Positions 28,892 to 38,195 of a stretch of 64,000 nucleotides of DNA are shown here, piece by piece; position 1 is the first letter of the stretch, and each line of letters starts with the position of its first letter. A program made the position numbers and the translations under genes. The notes under the pieces are model-generated. The model was given only the letters and a program-made list of their open reading frames with translations, did not search any database and was not told where the DNA came from. Origin of the DNA: Patescibacteria group bacterium (lineage in GTDB: Bacteria; Patescibacteriota; Microgenomatia; UBA1400; PJMF01); the NCBI GenBank assembly GCA_049322655.1, contig JBMORP010000006.1:512410-576409 (forward strand), in the 5' to 3' direction.

Positions 28892-30338
28892 TTTTAAAAA
28901 AAATAAAACAATTCTTACCCAAGTAGTTATTTTTTTTATATCCCTCTCTATTTCTCTTCCTTTGCTTATCAAACCAATGATTGCGGAGGGAGATGCTTAT
29001 GTGAGATCTTATCTTGCTTTTGAAGATTTCCAAGACCAAAGACTTTTCAAGTCTTATGGTGGGACATGGCTTCCATTTCATAAAATAATAATAGGTTTGC
29101 CACTTTATATTTATAATAATTACTTTTTAACCCCAAGATTAATTACTTTAATCATTAGTAGTTTAACAGTTTGTTTGATTTATATTCTGAGCATAGAACT
29201 TTTCAAAAATTATAAACAAAAGAAAATAATTGCTTTAATAACAGTTGGAATTTTTTTACTATTTCCACAAAGAATATTTTTATCAACCCAAACTCTCACT
29301 GAACCAGTTTTTACTTTTTTCTTTATTTTGGGAATTTATTTATTAATAAAGAATAAACTACTAACCAGTACAATTTTTTTAAATATCTCACATGGCATCA
29401 GATACGAGTCATGGTTTTTAACTCCAATAATATTTTATTACCTTTATATAAACAAAAAAATATCAATCAAACAAAAAGTTCTTTATGGAAGTTCACTACT
29501 TTTGTTCCCCACTTATTGGTTTCTTTTAAACTTAGTAAATAATGGTAGCGGTCTTGCTTTTTTTTCAGAAAAATATCAAATTGCTCAAAATGCTGGTTTT
29601 ATTCAAGAATATTGGAATTTCCCGCTATCATTTAATGTCTGGCTAAATAATTCTTTTGATTTAATTGGTTTAATTGGCTTAATTTCTTTAGTACAGGGAA
29701 TTATTTTTTATGCAAAAAATAAAAAAACAAATACTAGTGGGATTTTTTTCTTATCTACAAGTATTTATTTATTTAGTCTTTTAGTTTTGCAAGTTTTCAT
29801 GGGAACCATGGAGTGGTTTCCTCATAGATACTTATATATTCCACTCACTCTTTTTTTCCCATTTATAGCTTATGGTCTACTAATCACACTTAAAAAAATA
29901 AACAAAAAAAACTTAATAATCTTCTTAGCTTTACTACCAATTACTTTAATTGATATTTTTTATGTTTATCAACATACACATATTATTAGTGCTCCAGATA
30001 TGAAATATCCAATAGATAAAGAAAAAAAATTAAACGAAATTTTATATTTTTATAAAAAAATTTCTATGAATGAAAATGATATAACTTTATATATTTATAA
30101 AGAAGATGAAAATAGTTGGCTATACCCTCACTTTGTTTATTTCAACCAAGTAACTGAAGAAAGCATCCCATCTATAGAAATAGAAGATCTTAAAAATAAA
30201 GTTTATTTAAATGAGACAAAAAATTATTATTTTGTTTTTGAAAAACCAGCTTTTACCATTATAAAAAAAGATCAATTTGGTCAAGAGATATTTTCTAATT
30301 CTTCTTTTTCAATCACTAATCTAAAAAATGATAAATAA
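28842..30338 (+). CDS. GT-C fold membrane glycosyltransferase (ArnT/PMT-like, GT39/GT83-type), 498 aa
   Basis: About 11 TM helices, with an acidic first extracytoplasmic loop (EGDAYVRSYLAFEDFQD). A C-terminal soluble domain follows the last TM. Confidence 0.55.
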   Translation: MKKIKNLLKDTKKYLVNFKKNKTILTQVVIFFISLSISLPLLIKPMIAEGDAYVRSYLAFEDFQDQRLFKSYGGTWLPFHKIIIGLPLYIYNNYFLTPRLITLIISSLTVCLIYILSIELFKNYKQKKIIALITVGIFLLFPQRIFLSTQTLTEPVFTFFFILGIYLLIKNKLLTSTIFLNISHGIRYESWFLTPIIFYYLYINKKISIKQKVLYGSSLLLFPTYWFLLNLVNNGSGLAFFSEKYQIAQNAGFIQEYWNFPLSFNVWLNNSFDLIGLIGLISLVQGIIFYAKNKKTNTSGIFFLSTSIYLFSLLVLQVFMGTMEWFPHRYLYIPLTLFFPFIAYGLLITLKKINKKNLIIFLALLPITLIDIFYVYQHTHIISAPDMKYPIDKEKKLNEILYFYKKISMNENDITLYIYKEDENSWLYPHFVYFNQVTEESIPSIEIEDLKNKVYLNETKNYYFVFEKPAFTIIKKDQFGQEIFSNSSFSITNLKNDK

Positions 30339-30912
30339 AAAACTGATCAAAAAATTAACTGAAGAGATTCTAAAATTTAGAGAAGCTAGAAACTGGAAAC
30401 AATACCATTCTCCAAAAAACATGGCTATTTCTTTCTATATAGAAACAGCTGAATTGGCAGAATACTTTCAATATGGTTTTGATGAAGTTTTTGAACAAAC
30501 AAAAAAATATCAACAGAAAGTTGCTGACGAAATCATTGATGTTTTATGGTGGACTCTATTAATTGCTTATGAATATAGTATTGAACTAAATAAAAATAAG
30601 GCAACTAAATCAAAAAATATTTTTAAACCAAGAAATTCTTTAATGAGAATCTTTAACAGTATTGGGAAAATTAGTAACGAACTAATTAAATCACAAGATA
30701 TCATCAAAAAAAAATATAAAACTAAAAATCCAAAAATCCTTGAAAAAGAATTGCAAAATATTTTTAATCAAGTTGTAAGTTTTGCCAAATTTATTAACAT
30801 GGACATTGAAAAGGAATTTTATAGAAAGCTAGATAAAAATAAAAAAAGGTATCCAATCAAAAAAGCTTCTTTTTTAAAAGTTTTTAGTGTTAAACTATAT
30901 AAAAATATATGA
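30328..30912 (+). CDS. MazG-like all-alpha nucleoside triphosphate pyrophosphohydrolase domain protein
   Basis: ILKFREARNW.QYHSPKNMAISFYIETAELAEYFQ......QKVADEIIDVLWWTLLIAYE fits the MazG/dCTPase EExxE...E/D pattern. Confidence 0.65.
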   Translation: MINKKLIKKLTEEILKFREARNWKQYHSPKNMAISFYIETAELAEYFQYGFDEVFEQTKKYQQKVADEIIDVLWWTLLIAYEYSIELNKNKATKSKNIFKPRNSLMRIFNSIGKISNELIKSQDIIKKKYKTKNPKILEKELQNIFNQVVSFAKFINMDIEKEFYRKLDKNKKRYPIKKASFLKVFSVKLYKNI

Positions 30913-31895
30913 AAAAAGATAGTATCCTCCCACAAAATACTCCAACAAAAACACTCAAAGAAATTGCTAAAAATCCATTAGAAGATATTGAATATATAAA
31001 AAATATTGAAAAACAATTGAAAAAAAGACGTGGCTATTCATTTAAAATGCCAAAACCAAAGACTCCAGTTATTTTAATGTTTTCTGGGGGGTTGGATAGC
31101 ACTACCATTTGCGATATTTTACTTAGAAAATACCAGTTACAAGTTTATCCACTCCATCTTAGAAGGGGTCAAATTAGGATGCCAATCGAAGAAAAAGCGG
31201 TAGCTGATCTTTCAAAGCATTTTACCAAAGAGTTTCCTAAACTTTACCACCAGCCACAAATAGTTAATGCCTTTATTCCACCATTAGAGTTTAGGTTTGA
31301 TGTAACCGCTCATGCTGAAGTAAGAGCTAATAAAAAAAACAAGCAATGGCTGGGTATACCTATGTATACATCGATGGCAGCTGAATATGCTGTTAACTAC
31401 GCTATTTTTCTAGAAAAAACTAAAGGTATAAAAATTAGAGACATATTTTTTGGAATTATGAGCAAAGATGGTTTGGTGATGAAATATGAAACTCTCACTT
31501 TTTTGAGATCAATGACAAATCATATTTGTCAATTAATGGGTGACTATTCTTGGCAAGTATCATCGCTTCCAGTAGAAAAAGAGCTTGGTTATTACTTTGA
31601 TAAGGAACCATTAATTAAATGGTGCGCCAAATACAATGTCCCAATTCATAAATCATTCAGTTGCTTAGATCCTCACTACTATCACTGTGGCAGTTGTTAC
31701 TACTGTCAAAGAAGAAAAAATATCACTAAAGAAATTGGTGAAAAAGATAATACTTTTTACATAGATGAACAGCCATTTCAAAGGCTAGTTAGATTATTAG
31801 ACAAAATACTTTATGTTAAAGAATATACTAAATTTTTCATCAAAATTAATAAAACATTTTTGAAATATTTCATTAAATACTTCAATGGAAGATAA
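30909..31895 (+). CDS. QueC-like PP-loop ATP pyrophosphatase (328 aa); paralog of 17833-18771
   Basis: KRRGYSFKMPKPKTPVILMFSGGLDST aligns with KKRGYVFKEPKPGTPVVLLLSGGIDST of the paralog. C-terminal Cys cluster SFSCLDPHYYHCGSCYYCQRR. Confidence 0.75.
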   Translation: MKKDSILPQNTPTKTLKEIAKNPLEDIEYIKNIEKQLKKRRGYSFKMPKPKTPVILMFSGGLDSTTICDILLRKYQLQVYPLHLRRGQIRMPIEEKAVADLSKHFTKEFPKLYHQPQIVNAFIPPLEFRFDVTAHAEVRANKKNKQWLGIPMYTSMAAEYAVNYAIFLEKTKGIKIRDIFFGIMSKDGLVMKYETLTFLRSMTNHICQLMGDYSWQVSSLPVEKELGYYFDKEPLIKWCAKYNVPIHKSFSCLDPHYYHCGSCYYCQRRKNITKEIGEKDNTFYIDEQPFQRLVRLLDKILYVKEYTKFFIKINKTFLKYFIKYFNGR

Positions 31896-32712
31896 CATGC
31901 AAATCAATAAACTACAAAATATTTATAATAAAATTCAGTTGAATCTGGGTGTTAAAACCTTTTTTGAAAATAATTTTCAAAAAACTAAGTTATTTTTTGA
32001 CCAAAATTTAATTTTTCCCCTGTCTAAAAAAATAAATGATTATTTATTTGATCAAGTTATTGCTCATTACGGAGCAGACTATAAATGGGATGACCAAAAA
32101 AGCCAAAACATCAATAAAAAAACCAAAAATTATGGTTACGGTTTATTTCATTACTCAATGATTAAAAACCAAAAACCAAAAAGAGTTTTGATCGTTGGTT
32201 CAATGTTTGGTTTTATTCCATACATGATGGCTAAAGCTTGTGAAGAAAATGGTTTTGGTAAGGTTGATTTTGTTGATGCTAGTTTTGACTTGAAAGATGA
32301 AGATGATAAAAATACCCATTATTTTGGCCACGGTTTTTGGAACAAGAAAACAGCCAAAAAACATTTTTCTTACCTACTCAATCCAAGATATATTGATACT
32401 CATGTGATGACCACTGATGAATTTGCTAAGAAATATCCTCAAAACAACTATGACTATATTTGTTTGGATGGTGACCACTCTTATAAAGGAGCAAAACTAG
32501 ATTTAAAATTATTTTGGTCCAAACTCAACAAAGAAGGCTTCATTTCTTTTCATGATATTCACCTAAAAAAAGAGTTTTTAAAAAAAGAAGCCAGAGAAAT
32601 GGATTTGGAATTGGGATATAGGAAAATTTGGCAAGAATTGATAAAAACTAAGAAATACAAATTTGAATTATCCAATCACTATTCAGGATTAGGATTTTTA
32701 CAGAAATTATAG
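31885..32712 (+). CDS. class I SAM-dependent methyltransferase-like protein (CmcI/TylF-like fold); paralog of 37378-38076
   Basis: VLIVGSMFGFIP...VDFVDA...YDYICLDGDHSYKGAKLDLKLFWSKLNKEGFISFHDI matches the D-G/S-DH-S/T and FHD motifs of the CmcI/TylF O-methyltransferase-like families. Confidence 0.55.
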   Translation: MEDNMQINKLQNIYNKIQLNLGVKTFFENNFQKTKLFFDQNLIFPLSKKINDYLFDQVIAHYGADYKWDDQKSQNINKKTKNYGYGLFHYSMIKNQKPKRVLIVGSMFGFIPYMMAKACEENGFGKVDFVDASFDLKDEDDKNTHYFGHGFWNKKTAKKHFSYLLNPRYIDTHVMTTDEFAKKYPQNNYDYICLDGDHSYKGAKLDLKLFWSKLNKEGFISFHDIHLKKEFLKKEAREMDLELGYRKIWQELIKTKKYKFELSNHYSGLGFLQKL

Positions 32713-32714
32713 AT

Positions 32715-33971
32715 ATGTTTGGAATAAAAAGTTACTTTTCAAAAAAAATTAACTTAAGATTCAAAAAAATTGTTAGTGAAACTCAACTTTCAAAAAAAAG
32801 TTTATCATTTATTGATAAAAAAATAACTGAAATTGCTATTTTTAGAAAACTAACAAATGAAAACTGGGATAAACAAATTCAATCACCAGTATCTTCCTAT
32901 ACTAACCCTGAATCTAGAAAAATAGTCAAAGTTATTAGTAAATTTAATCCAAATAACCTAGGAAACTGGTCAGAAGAAAAAAGTTTTCATCTGTCTGGAT
33001 TATTGGAAAAAAAAATAATTGATTATTTAGTTAAACTTCTAAAAGCAAAGAACAAAGAAATGGGTGGATATTTAACTAGTGGCGGAACTGAGGCAAATAT
33101 TTTTGCTATGTGGTTGGGTCGAAATTCACTTCAAAAATCAATTAAAACCAATCAAATCATAGTTTTAAAAACTAGTCTCACCCATTATTCAATTGAAAAA
33201 GCTACTGATTTAGTTGGATTGAATTATACAGATATCTCAATTGATTCCAAATTTTGGGGAATGAGCCTAAAAAATTTAGAAGAGACAATCAAAAAAGAAT
33301 ATAAAAAAGGCAAAAAAGGATTCTTAATTCCATTAACACTAGGTTACACCATTACTGGATCGGATGATCCAATCAAAGAAATCAATAATCTAATCAATAA
33401 ATTAAAAAATCAATATAAAGAAATAAAGTTTTTTTGTTGGATTGATGCGGCATTTTCTGGAATAGTAAAACCATTTTTAGAAGAAAACTTCACTCCATTT
33501 TCCTATAACAATATTCAGGCTTTCCTCACTGACTTTCATAAAGTTATGGCTGTTCCTTATCAATCAGGAATAATCATCTATAGAAAAAATCTAATAAAAA
33601 ATATAGAAAATGAAGTTACTTATATTGGTAGAAAAGATACAACTTTGCTTGGTTCAAGATCAGGAAGTTCAGCTATTATCACTTGGTTTACCCTTATCTC
33701 CTTAGGACAAGATAAAATCATAAAAATAATTGAACAAGCTATAAAAGAAAAAAATATTTTTATTAAACAAATTCAAAAAAAAATACCAAATATAAAAATA
33801 ATTAATCAAAAAAGTAATATCCAAATTGGTTTAGTTGCAAATAGCAAAAATCAAAAAAATATTTTAAATAAAATGAACTTAGAAGAAACAAAACAGAAAA
33901 TTTTGCTTAATGGGAAAAATAAAAAAATCTCTATTTATAAAATATATTTTTTGCCATTTTTTAAAAACTAA
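32715..33971 (+). CDS. group II pyridoxal-phosphate-dependent decarboxylase (MfnA/GadB/HDC-like fold)
   Basis: LTSGGTEANIFAM (TSGGTEAN motif) and DFHKVMAVPYQSG (D-x-HK PLP-lysine motif). Confidence 0.7.
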   Translation: MFGIKSYFSKKINLRFKKIVSETQLSKKSLSFIDKKITEIAIFRKLTNENWDKQIQSPVSSYTNPESRKIVKVISKFNPNNLGNWSEEKSFHLSGLLEKKIIDYLVKLLKAKNKEMGGYLTSGGTEANIFAMWLGRNSLQKSIKTNQIIVLKTSLTHYSIEKATDLVGLNYTDISIDSKFWGMSLKNLEETIKKEYKKGKKGFLIPLTLGYTITGSDDPIKEINNLINKLKNQYKEIKFFCWIDAAFSGIVKPFLEENFTPFSYNNIQAFLTDFHKVMAVPYQSGIIIYRKNLIKNIENEVTYIGRKDTTLLGSRSGSSAIITWFTLISLGQDKIIKIIEQAIKEKNIFIKQIQKKIPNIKIINQKSNIQIGLVANSKNQKNILNKMNLEETKQKILLNGKNKKISIYKIYFLPFFKN

Positions 33972-34825
33972 ATTTCTTTGAAATCAATTATTTTAGCTTG
34001 ATCTCCTCCTATAGAAAAAGAGTTTAAATATACTTTAATGTCACTACCAATTCCAAGTTTAGTACCATCCAATAAATAATAATTATCAGCATTTTTATAA
34101 GCTTTTAATCTTAAATTAATTGTTAAATCTCTATAATCTGGATCAATAACCTTAATATTTTCTCCCCTAATATCAGAAAACTCATAATTAGAATGAATTT
34201 CACTGGTAAAATCCATTACTTCAGCTAAAATCCTGCCTTGTTCATCACTCATGATCATCCCCTTTTCTAATTTTGCAGCCACATCTAAATCAACCCACTT
34301 TACTTTAACCAAAACAGCCAAATCAACTTGGTCTGAAATCAATTTATCACCAATAAAAGAAATTACTCCATCGACATTGTTTTTCCCAAAAGTCAAATTT
34401 AAACTTCTGCCTACTTCAATAGGCTCAGAATTAAAAAGATACAGGCCTCTTTTGTTATCAAAATATGAACGTACATCCAAAACCACAAAAATAGTACTTC
34501 TACCCTCTCCATCTTCAAATGTTTGCTTATCAACAACTTCAGCAATTGTTTCGCCAAAAGTGTTTTTAGCCACATCACCAATAGCTAAATCATTAATTAA
34601 CCAATAACTAGTTTGTTTTTCAGTTTGCCACCACCATTCTTCATTAGAGATAAAAAGGCCAACTCGCACCCATTCTTCTTTTTTGATTAATTTTGAAATA
34701 ATAAGACTTGAAAATATAGCAAAAACAATCAAAATAATTAAAAAATCTAACCTTTTTAATTTTTTTGAAAAAGAAACAACACTAGTGAAAAATTTTTTAC
34801 TAAACATATCAAAACAATCCTTCAT
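33968..34825 (-). CDS. N-terminal TM-anchored secreted protein with an EWWW motif (DUF4330-like); paralog of 15743-16597
   Basis: See the entry for 15743-16597. Confidence 0.55.
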   Translation of the reverse strand: MKDCFDMFSKKFFTSVVSFSKKLKRLDFLIILIVFAIFSSLIISKLIKKEEWVRVGLFISNEEWWWQTEKQTSYWLINDLAIGDVAKNTFGETIAEVVDKQTFEDGEGRSTIFVVLDVRSYFDNKRGLYLFNSEPIEVGRSLNLTFGKNNVDGVISFIGDKLISDQVDLAVLVKVKWVDLDVAAKLEKGMIMSDEQGRILAEVMDFTSEIHSNYEFSDIRGENIKVIDPDYRDLTINLRLKAYKNADNYYLLDGTKLGIGSDIKVYLNSFSIGGDQAKIIDFKEI

Positions 34826-36260
34826 CGCAGATTATATCGGAAAAGGGATAAGTTTCACCTACAATTTATTTCCTTACTTTTTTATAACTCTAACTTTTCT
34901 GTTAAGTTTACTATTTGTCAGCTCAAATTTAACTCTATTAATAACAAGTATTATTTTTTCTTTTGTTCTCTACCAAAAAACCAAGAATTTAGAACTAACC
35001 ATTTTTTTAGGACTAATAACTACACTACCATTTGCTAAAGGTAAAACTTTTGAACTCATTTTGTTAGAAAACAATCAGGTTTCAACAAATTCATTATTTG
35101 ATATAGACTATTCTTTCCCAATCTACCTAAGTGATATTTTTTTGTTCGCGCTAATTTGGGTTTTAATTCGTAATAAAAATATAGTAAATAAAATAAAAAA
35201 CTTTAATATTTCAACAAGCCAAACCTGGTTTGTAGTTTTTATATTGATAACCATAGTATCAGGGTTTTTTTCTAAATTTCCGATTGTTTCTTTACTATCA
35301 TCAGCACAAATACTCAGATTACTTTTATTAATGGTTATTCCTTTAATTATAAATTCAAAAATAAAAATAAAAACAATAATAGAAACTACTGTAGCCTCGG
35401 TTTTATTTCAGACTCTGTTAATCTTTCTACAAAAAATAAACAATGGAACTCTAGGAATATACATAGAATCATTTATGCTTAAAGAAGAATTTGGCATCAG
35501 ATCAAATGAAAACATTGATATTCTTAGATTAACTGGCTCATTTTTTGAACCAAGTATTTTGGGTACTTTTCTTTTGATAAACTTCTCTTTGCTATTAAAT
35601 AGCCTCAAAAAGTTAAAAAATAATAAAATTAAAAAATTAGTTTTATTAGCATTATTAGGTTGTTTCATAGGAATTATTCTTACTGCTAGTAGAGGAATTT
35701 ATTTACTTTTCTTTGCTTATATCATTTATGAAATAATATTGGTAGTCAAAAATAGGAATTTAAAATTAAAAACAATAAACAAGAACTTATTATTGGCAAT
35801 AATAATCATAGTTGCTGTTTTTTTACCATATTTTTCCAATAGAATCTTTGATTTTTCAAAAATATTTTCTAAACTAGGAAGTGGTACTTACAGATTACAG
35901 TTAGCTGAAGAGTCTTTTTTATTAGCTAAAAATAATCTCTTAGGAGTTGGAATTAATCTTTCTCCTTATAATTTTGCAATACAAAAATTTTCAAAAGAAA
36001 TAATTTTTGATCCAGCTCATCCTCATAATATATTTTTTCAAATTTTAGCTGAAACAGGCTTTATTGGTTTAACAATATTTAGCTTTTTTATATTTTATAC
36101 AATCAAAGAAATTCCACAATTAAACAAAAATTTGTTTTTTTACCCAATAATTTTGTTTTTAATAGCCGCACAGTTTTACCCAATTTTTATTAATCAATCA
36201 GAAATTACTAGTTATTTGTTTTTATTCATAGGACTAAGTAAAAAATATAGCAAATCATGA
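34683..36260 (+). CDS. O-antigen ligase/Wzy-like polytopic membrane protein (525 aa); start uncertain (the ORF overlaps the divergent upstream gene by 143 nt)
   Basis: Multi-TM; DPAHPHNIFFQILAETGFIGLTIFSFFIF matches the Wzy_C-type signature. Confidence 0.6.
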   Translation: MINFEIIRLENIAKTIKIIKKSNLFNFFEKETTLVKNFLLNISKQSFIADYIGKGISFTYNLFPYFFITLTFLLSLLFVSSNLTLLITSIIFSFVLYQKTKNLELTIFLGLITTLPFAKGKTFELILLENNQVSTNSLFDIDYSFPIYLSDIFLFALIWVLIRNKNIVNKIKNFNISTSQTWFVVFILITIVSGFFSKFPIVSLLSSAQILRLLLLMVIPLIINSKIKIKTIIETTVASVLFQTLLIFLQKINNGTLGIYIESFMLKEEFGIRSNENIDILRLTGSFFEPSILGTFLLINFSLLLNSLKKLKNNKIKKLVLLALLGCFIGIILTASRGIYLLFFAYIIYEIILVVKNRNLKLKTINKNLLLAIIIIVAVFLPYFSNRIFDFSKIFSKLGSGTYRLQLAEESFLLAKNNLLGVGINLSPYNFAIQKFSKEIIFDPAHPHNIFFQILAETGFIGLTIFSFFIFYTIKEIPQLNKNLFFYPIILFLIAAQFYPIFINQSEITSYLFLFIGLSKKYSKS

Positions 36261-37381
36261 AAAAACTTTTTATTATTCCTTTTGAACTTCCCTGGGATTG
36301 GACAGCTGACTATCAGCGACAGACTATTTTTGAGCTAAACAAAAATAATAACAAAGTTTTGGCTTACATGAATAAAGATAGTTATTTATTTTTAAAAGTA
36401 AAACAAAAAAAAAACTATCCCAATATAAAAAATACTGATTTTTATCAACCACGAAATTTGCTGCCTTTTCAACGTTTTGAGCTTGTTCAATCTCTGAATC
36501 AGCTAATTAACCTGATAATAATCAGGTTAAAAAACCTTAACAAAAAGATTTATCTTTGGTCTTTTGATCCAGATTTTTATTTGTTGAATTACTTAGCAAG
36601 GTTTTTGGGGATAATCACTATTTACGATTGTGTTGATTATCACAGCCATAACAATCAAACAATTAACCAACAAATAAGAACTAAAGAAGATAAAATCATT
36701 AAAAATTCTAAATATTTCTTTGTTAACTCAAGAGAACTAGCTAAAATTCATAGCAAAAAAAGAAAACCAACTGCAATTGTCCCACAAGGTTTTGATTTAA
36801 CTACTTTTGAAACAAAATTAAAAAAACTAGCTTTTTTTAATAAAATTAAAAAACCTATTATTGGTTATGTTGGAGGTATAAACTATCGACTCGATTATGA
36901 TTTGTTAATTAAGTTAGCCAAAAACAATCCTAATTGGCAATTTGTTTTTTGGGGACCAATACAAAAACAAGATGACGATCAACAAAATCAAGTAGAAGAG
37001 AAACAAAGAACTCTTTTTTCACTAGCAAATGTTTCTGTTAGTCAAAGTGAACGTAAAAATATCCCCGCCGTAATTAATCACTTTGATGTTTGTCTAATTC
37101 CCTACAAAACTAATTATCTATTTAACAAACATTGTTACCCAATGAAAATTTTTGAGTATTTTTACCTAAAAAAACCAATCATTTCGGCTCCAATTAATGA
37201 GTTAAAAAGATTTCCTGAAAAACTAATTTCAATTGCTAAAGACTACTCATCTTGGCAAAAAAAAATTGAAGAAAAAATAGAAAAAAAAGAATTAGACACA
37301 GTTAAAAAAACTAAGCAAAGGCTAGCTTTTGAAAATTCTTGGAAAAATAAAATTTCTAATATTTTAGAAAAAATTAATTAA
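36257..37381 (+). CDS. glycosyltransferase, GT-B fold (family 1/4-like); paralog of 9351-10457
   Basis: Whole-length similarity to the 9351-10457 product; C-terminal CYPMKIFEYFYLKKPIIS. Confidence 0.55.
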   Translation: MKKLFIIPFELPWDWTADYQRQTIFELNKNNNKVLAYMNKDSYLFLKVKQKKNYPNIKNTDFYQPRNLLPFQRFELVQSLNQLINLIIIRLKNLNKKIYLWSFDPDFYLLNYLARFLGIITIYDCVDYHSHNNQTINQQIRTKEDKIIKNSKYFFVNSRELAKIHSKKRKPTAIVPQGFDLTTFETKLKKLAFFNKIKKPIIGYVGGINYRLDYDLLIKLAKNNPNWQFVFWGPIQKQDDDQQNQVEEKQRTLFSLANVSVSQSERKNIPAVINHFDVCLIPYKTNYLFNKHCYPMKIFEYFYLKKPIISAPINELKRFPEKLISIAKDYSSWQKKIEEKIEKKELDTVKKTKQRLAFENSWKNKISNILEKIN

Positions 37382-38076
37382 CTGATATTTTTCTGTAAAA
37401 CACCTAAACCAGAACCTAAAAACTCTAAAGAAAAAGCATTTTTCTTCGATATTTTTTGCCAAAGTTTCCAAACTCCATACTCTCCTTCTGGTTTTTTACC
37501 TTTAATAGAGATATCGTGAAAAGCAATAAATCCGCCTGCCCTTAACATTGGCCAAAAAAGTTCATAATCTCTGGAAACTCCTTTAAAAGAGTGGTCACCA
37601 TCTATATAGATGTAATCATATTTAACTTTTTTATTGGCAATTTTTTTAAATTCTTCAGTAGTCATGACATGCAAAGTAATAAAGTTTTGTAAGTCAAATC
37701 TTAGAAAAGCAGTTTTGCCAGCTTCTGTTTTCCAATAAGCCTCTCCAGTCCAATGATTGGCGTCTTCATCCCCAAAACCAGCGTCAACAAAATCAACATG
37801 ACCAAATCCGTTATCCTTACACGCTTGAGCCAAAATACCAGGAATATAGCCATGTCTAGAGCCAATACATAACACATTCCTTGGCTTAATTGCTCTTAAT
37901 AAACCATAGTGAACCCAGCCATAGCCTAAATCTGCTGTAGTAAAATTAGCTCTATGACCATATTCATCAACTCTAAATTGATGCATTAATTTTTTGATTT
38001 TTATTTCAGAAACAAGAGATTTCCCTTCTTTAATTAAAGAGATTATTTTTTTTATTTTAGTTTTTATTCCTAACAT
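37378..38076 (-). CDS. class I SAM-dependent methyltransferase-like protein (CmcI/TylF-like); paralog of 31885-32712
   Basis: VLCIGSRHGYIP...VDFVDAGFGDED...YDYIYIDGDHSFKGVSRDYELFWPMLRAGGFIAFHDI. Confidence 0.55.
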   Translation of the reverse strand: MLGIKTKIKKIISLIKEGKSLVSEIKIKKLMHQFRVDEYGHRANFTTADLGYGWVHYGLLRAIKPRNVLCIGSRHGYIPGILAQACKDNGFGHVDFVDAGFGDEDANHWTGEAYWKTEAGKTAFLRFDLQNFITLHVMTTEEFKKIANKKVKYDYIYIDGDHSFKGVSRDYELFWPMLRAGGFIAFHDISIKGKKPEGEYGVWKLWQKISKKNAFSLEFLGSGLGVLQKNIS

Positions 38077-38195
38077 AAAATCTTTTTAAACTGTTAAACT
38101 AGCACTTATTCTATCAAAATAAATATAAGTTTTATTAGAAAAAAGAACTGATTTCTCCTAAATAAAAAATATGCTACACTTTCTAGCTAAAGGCC

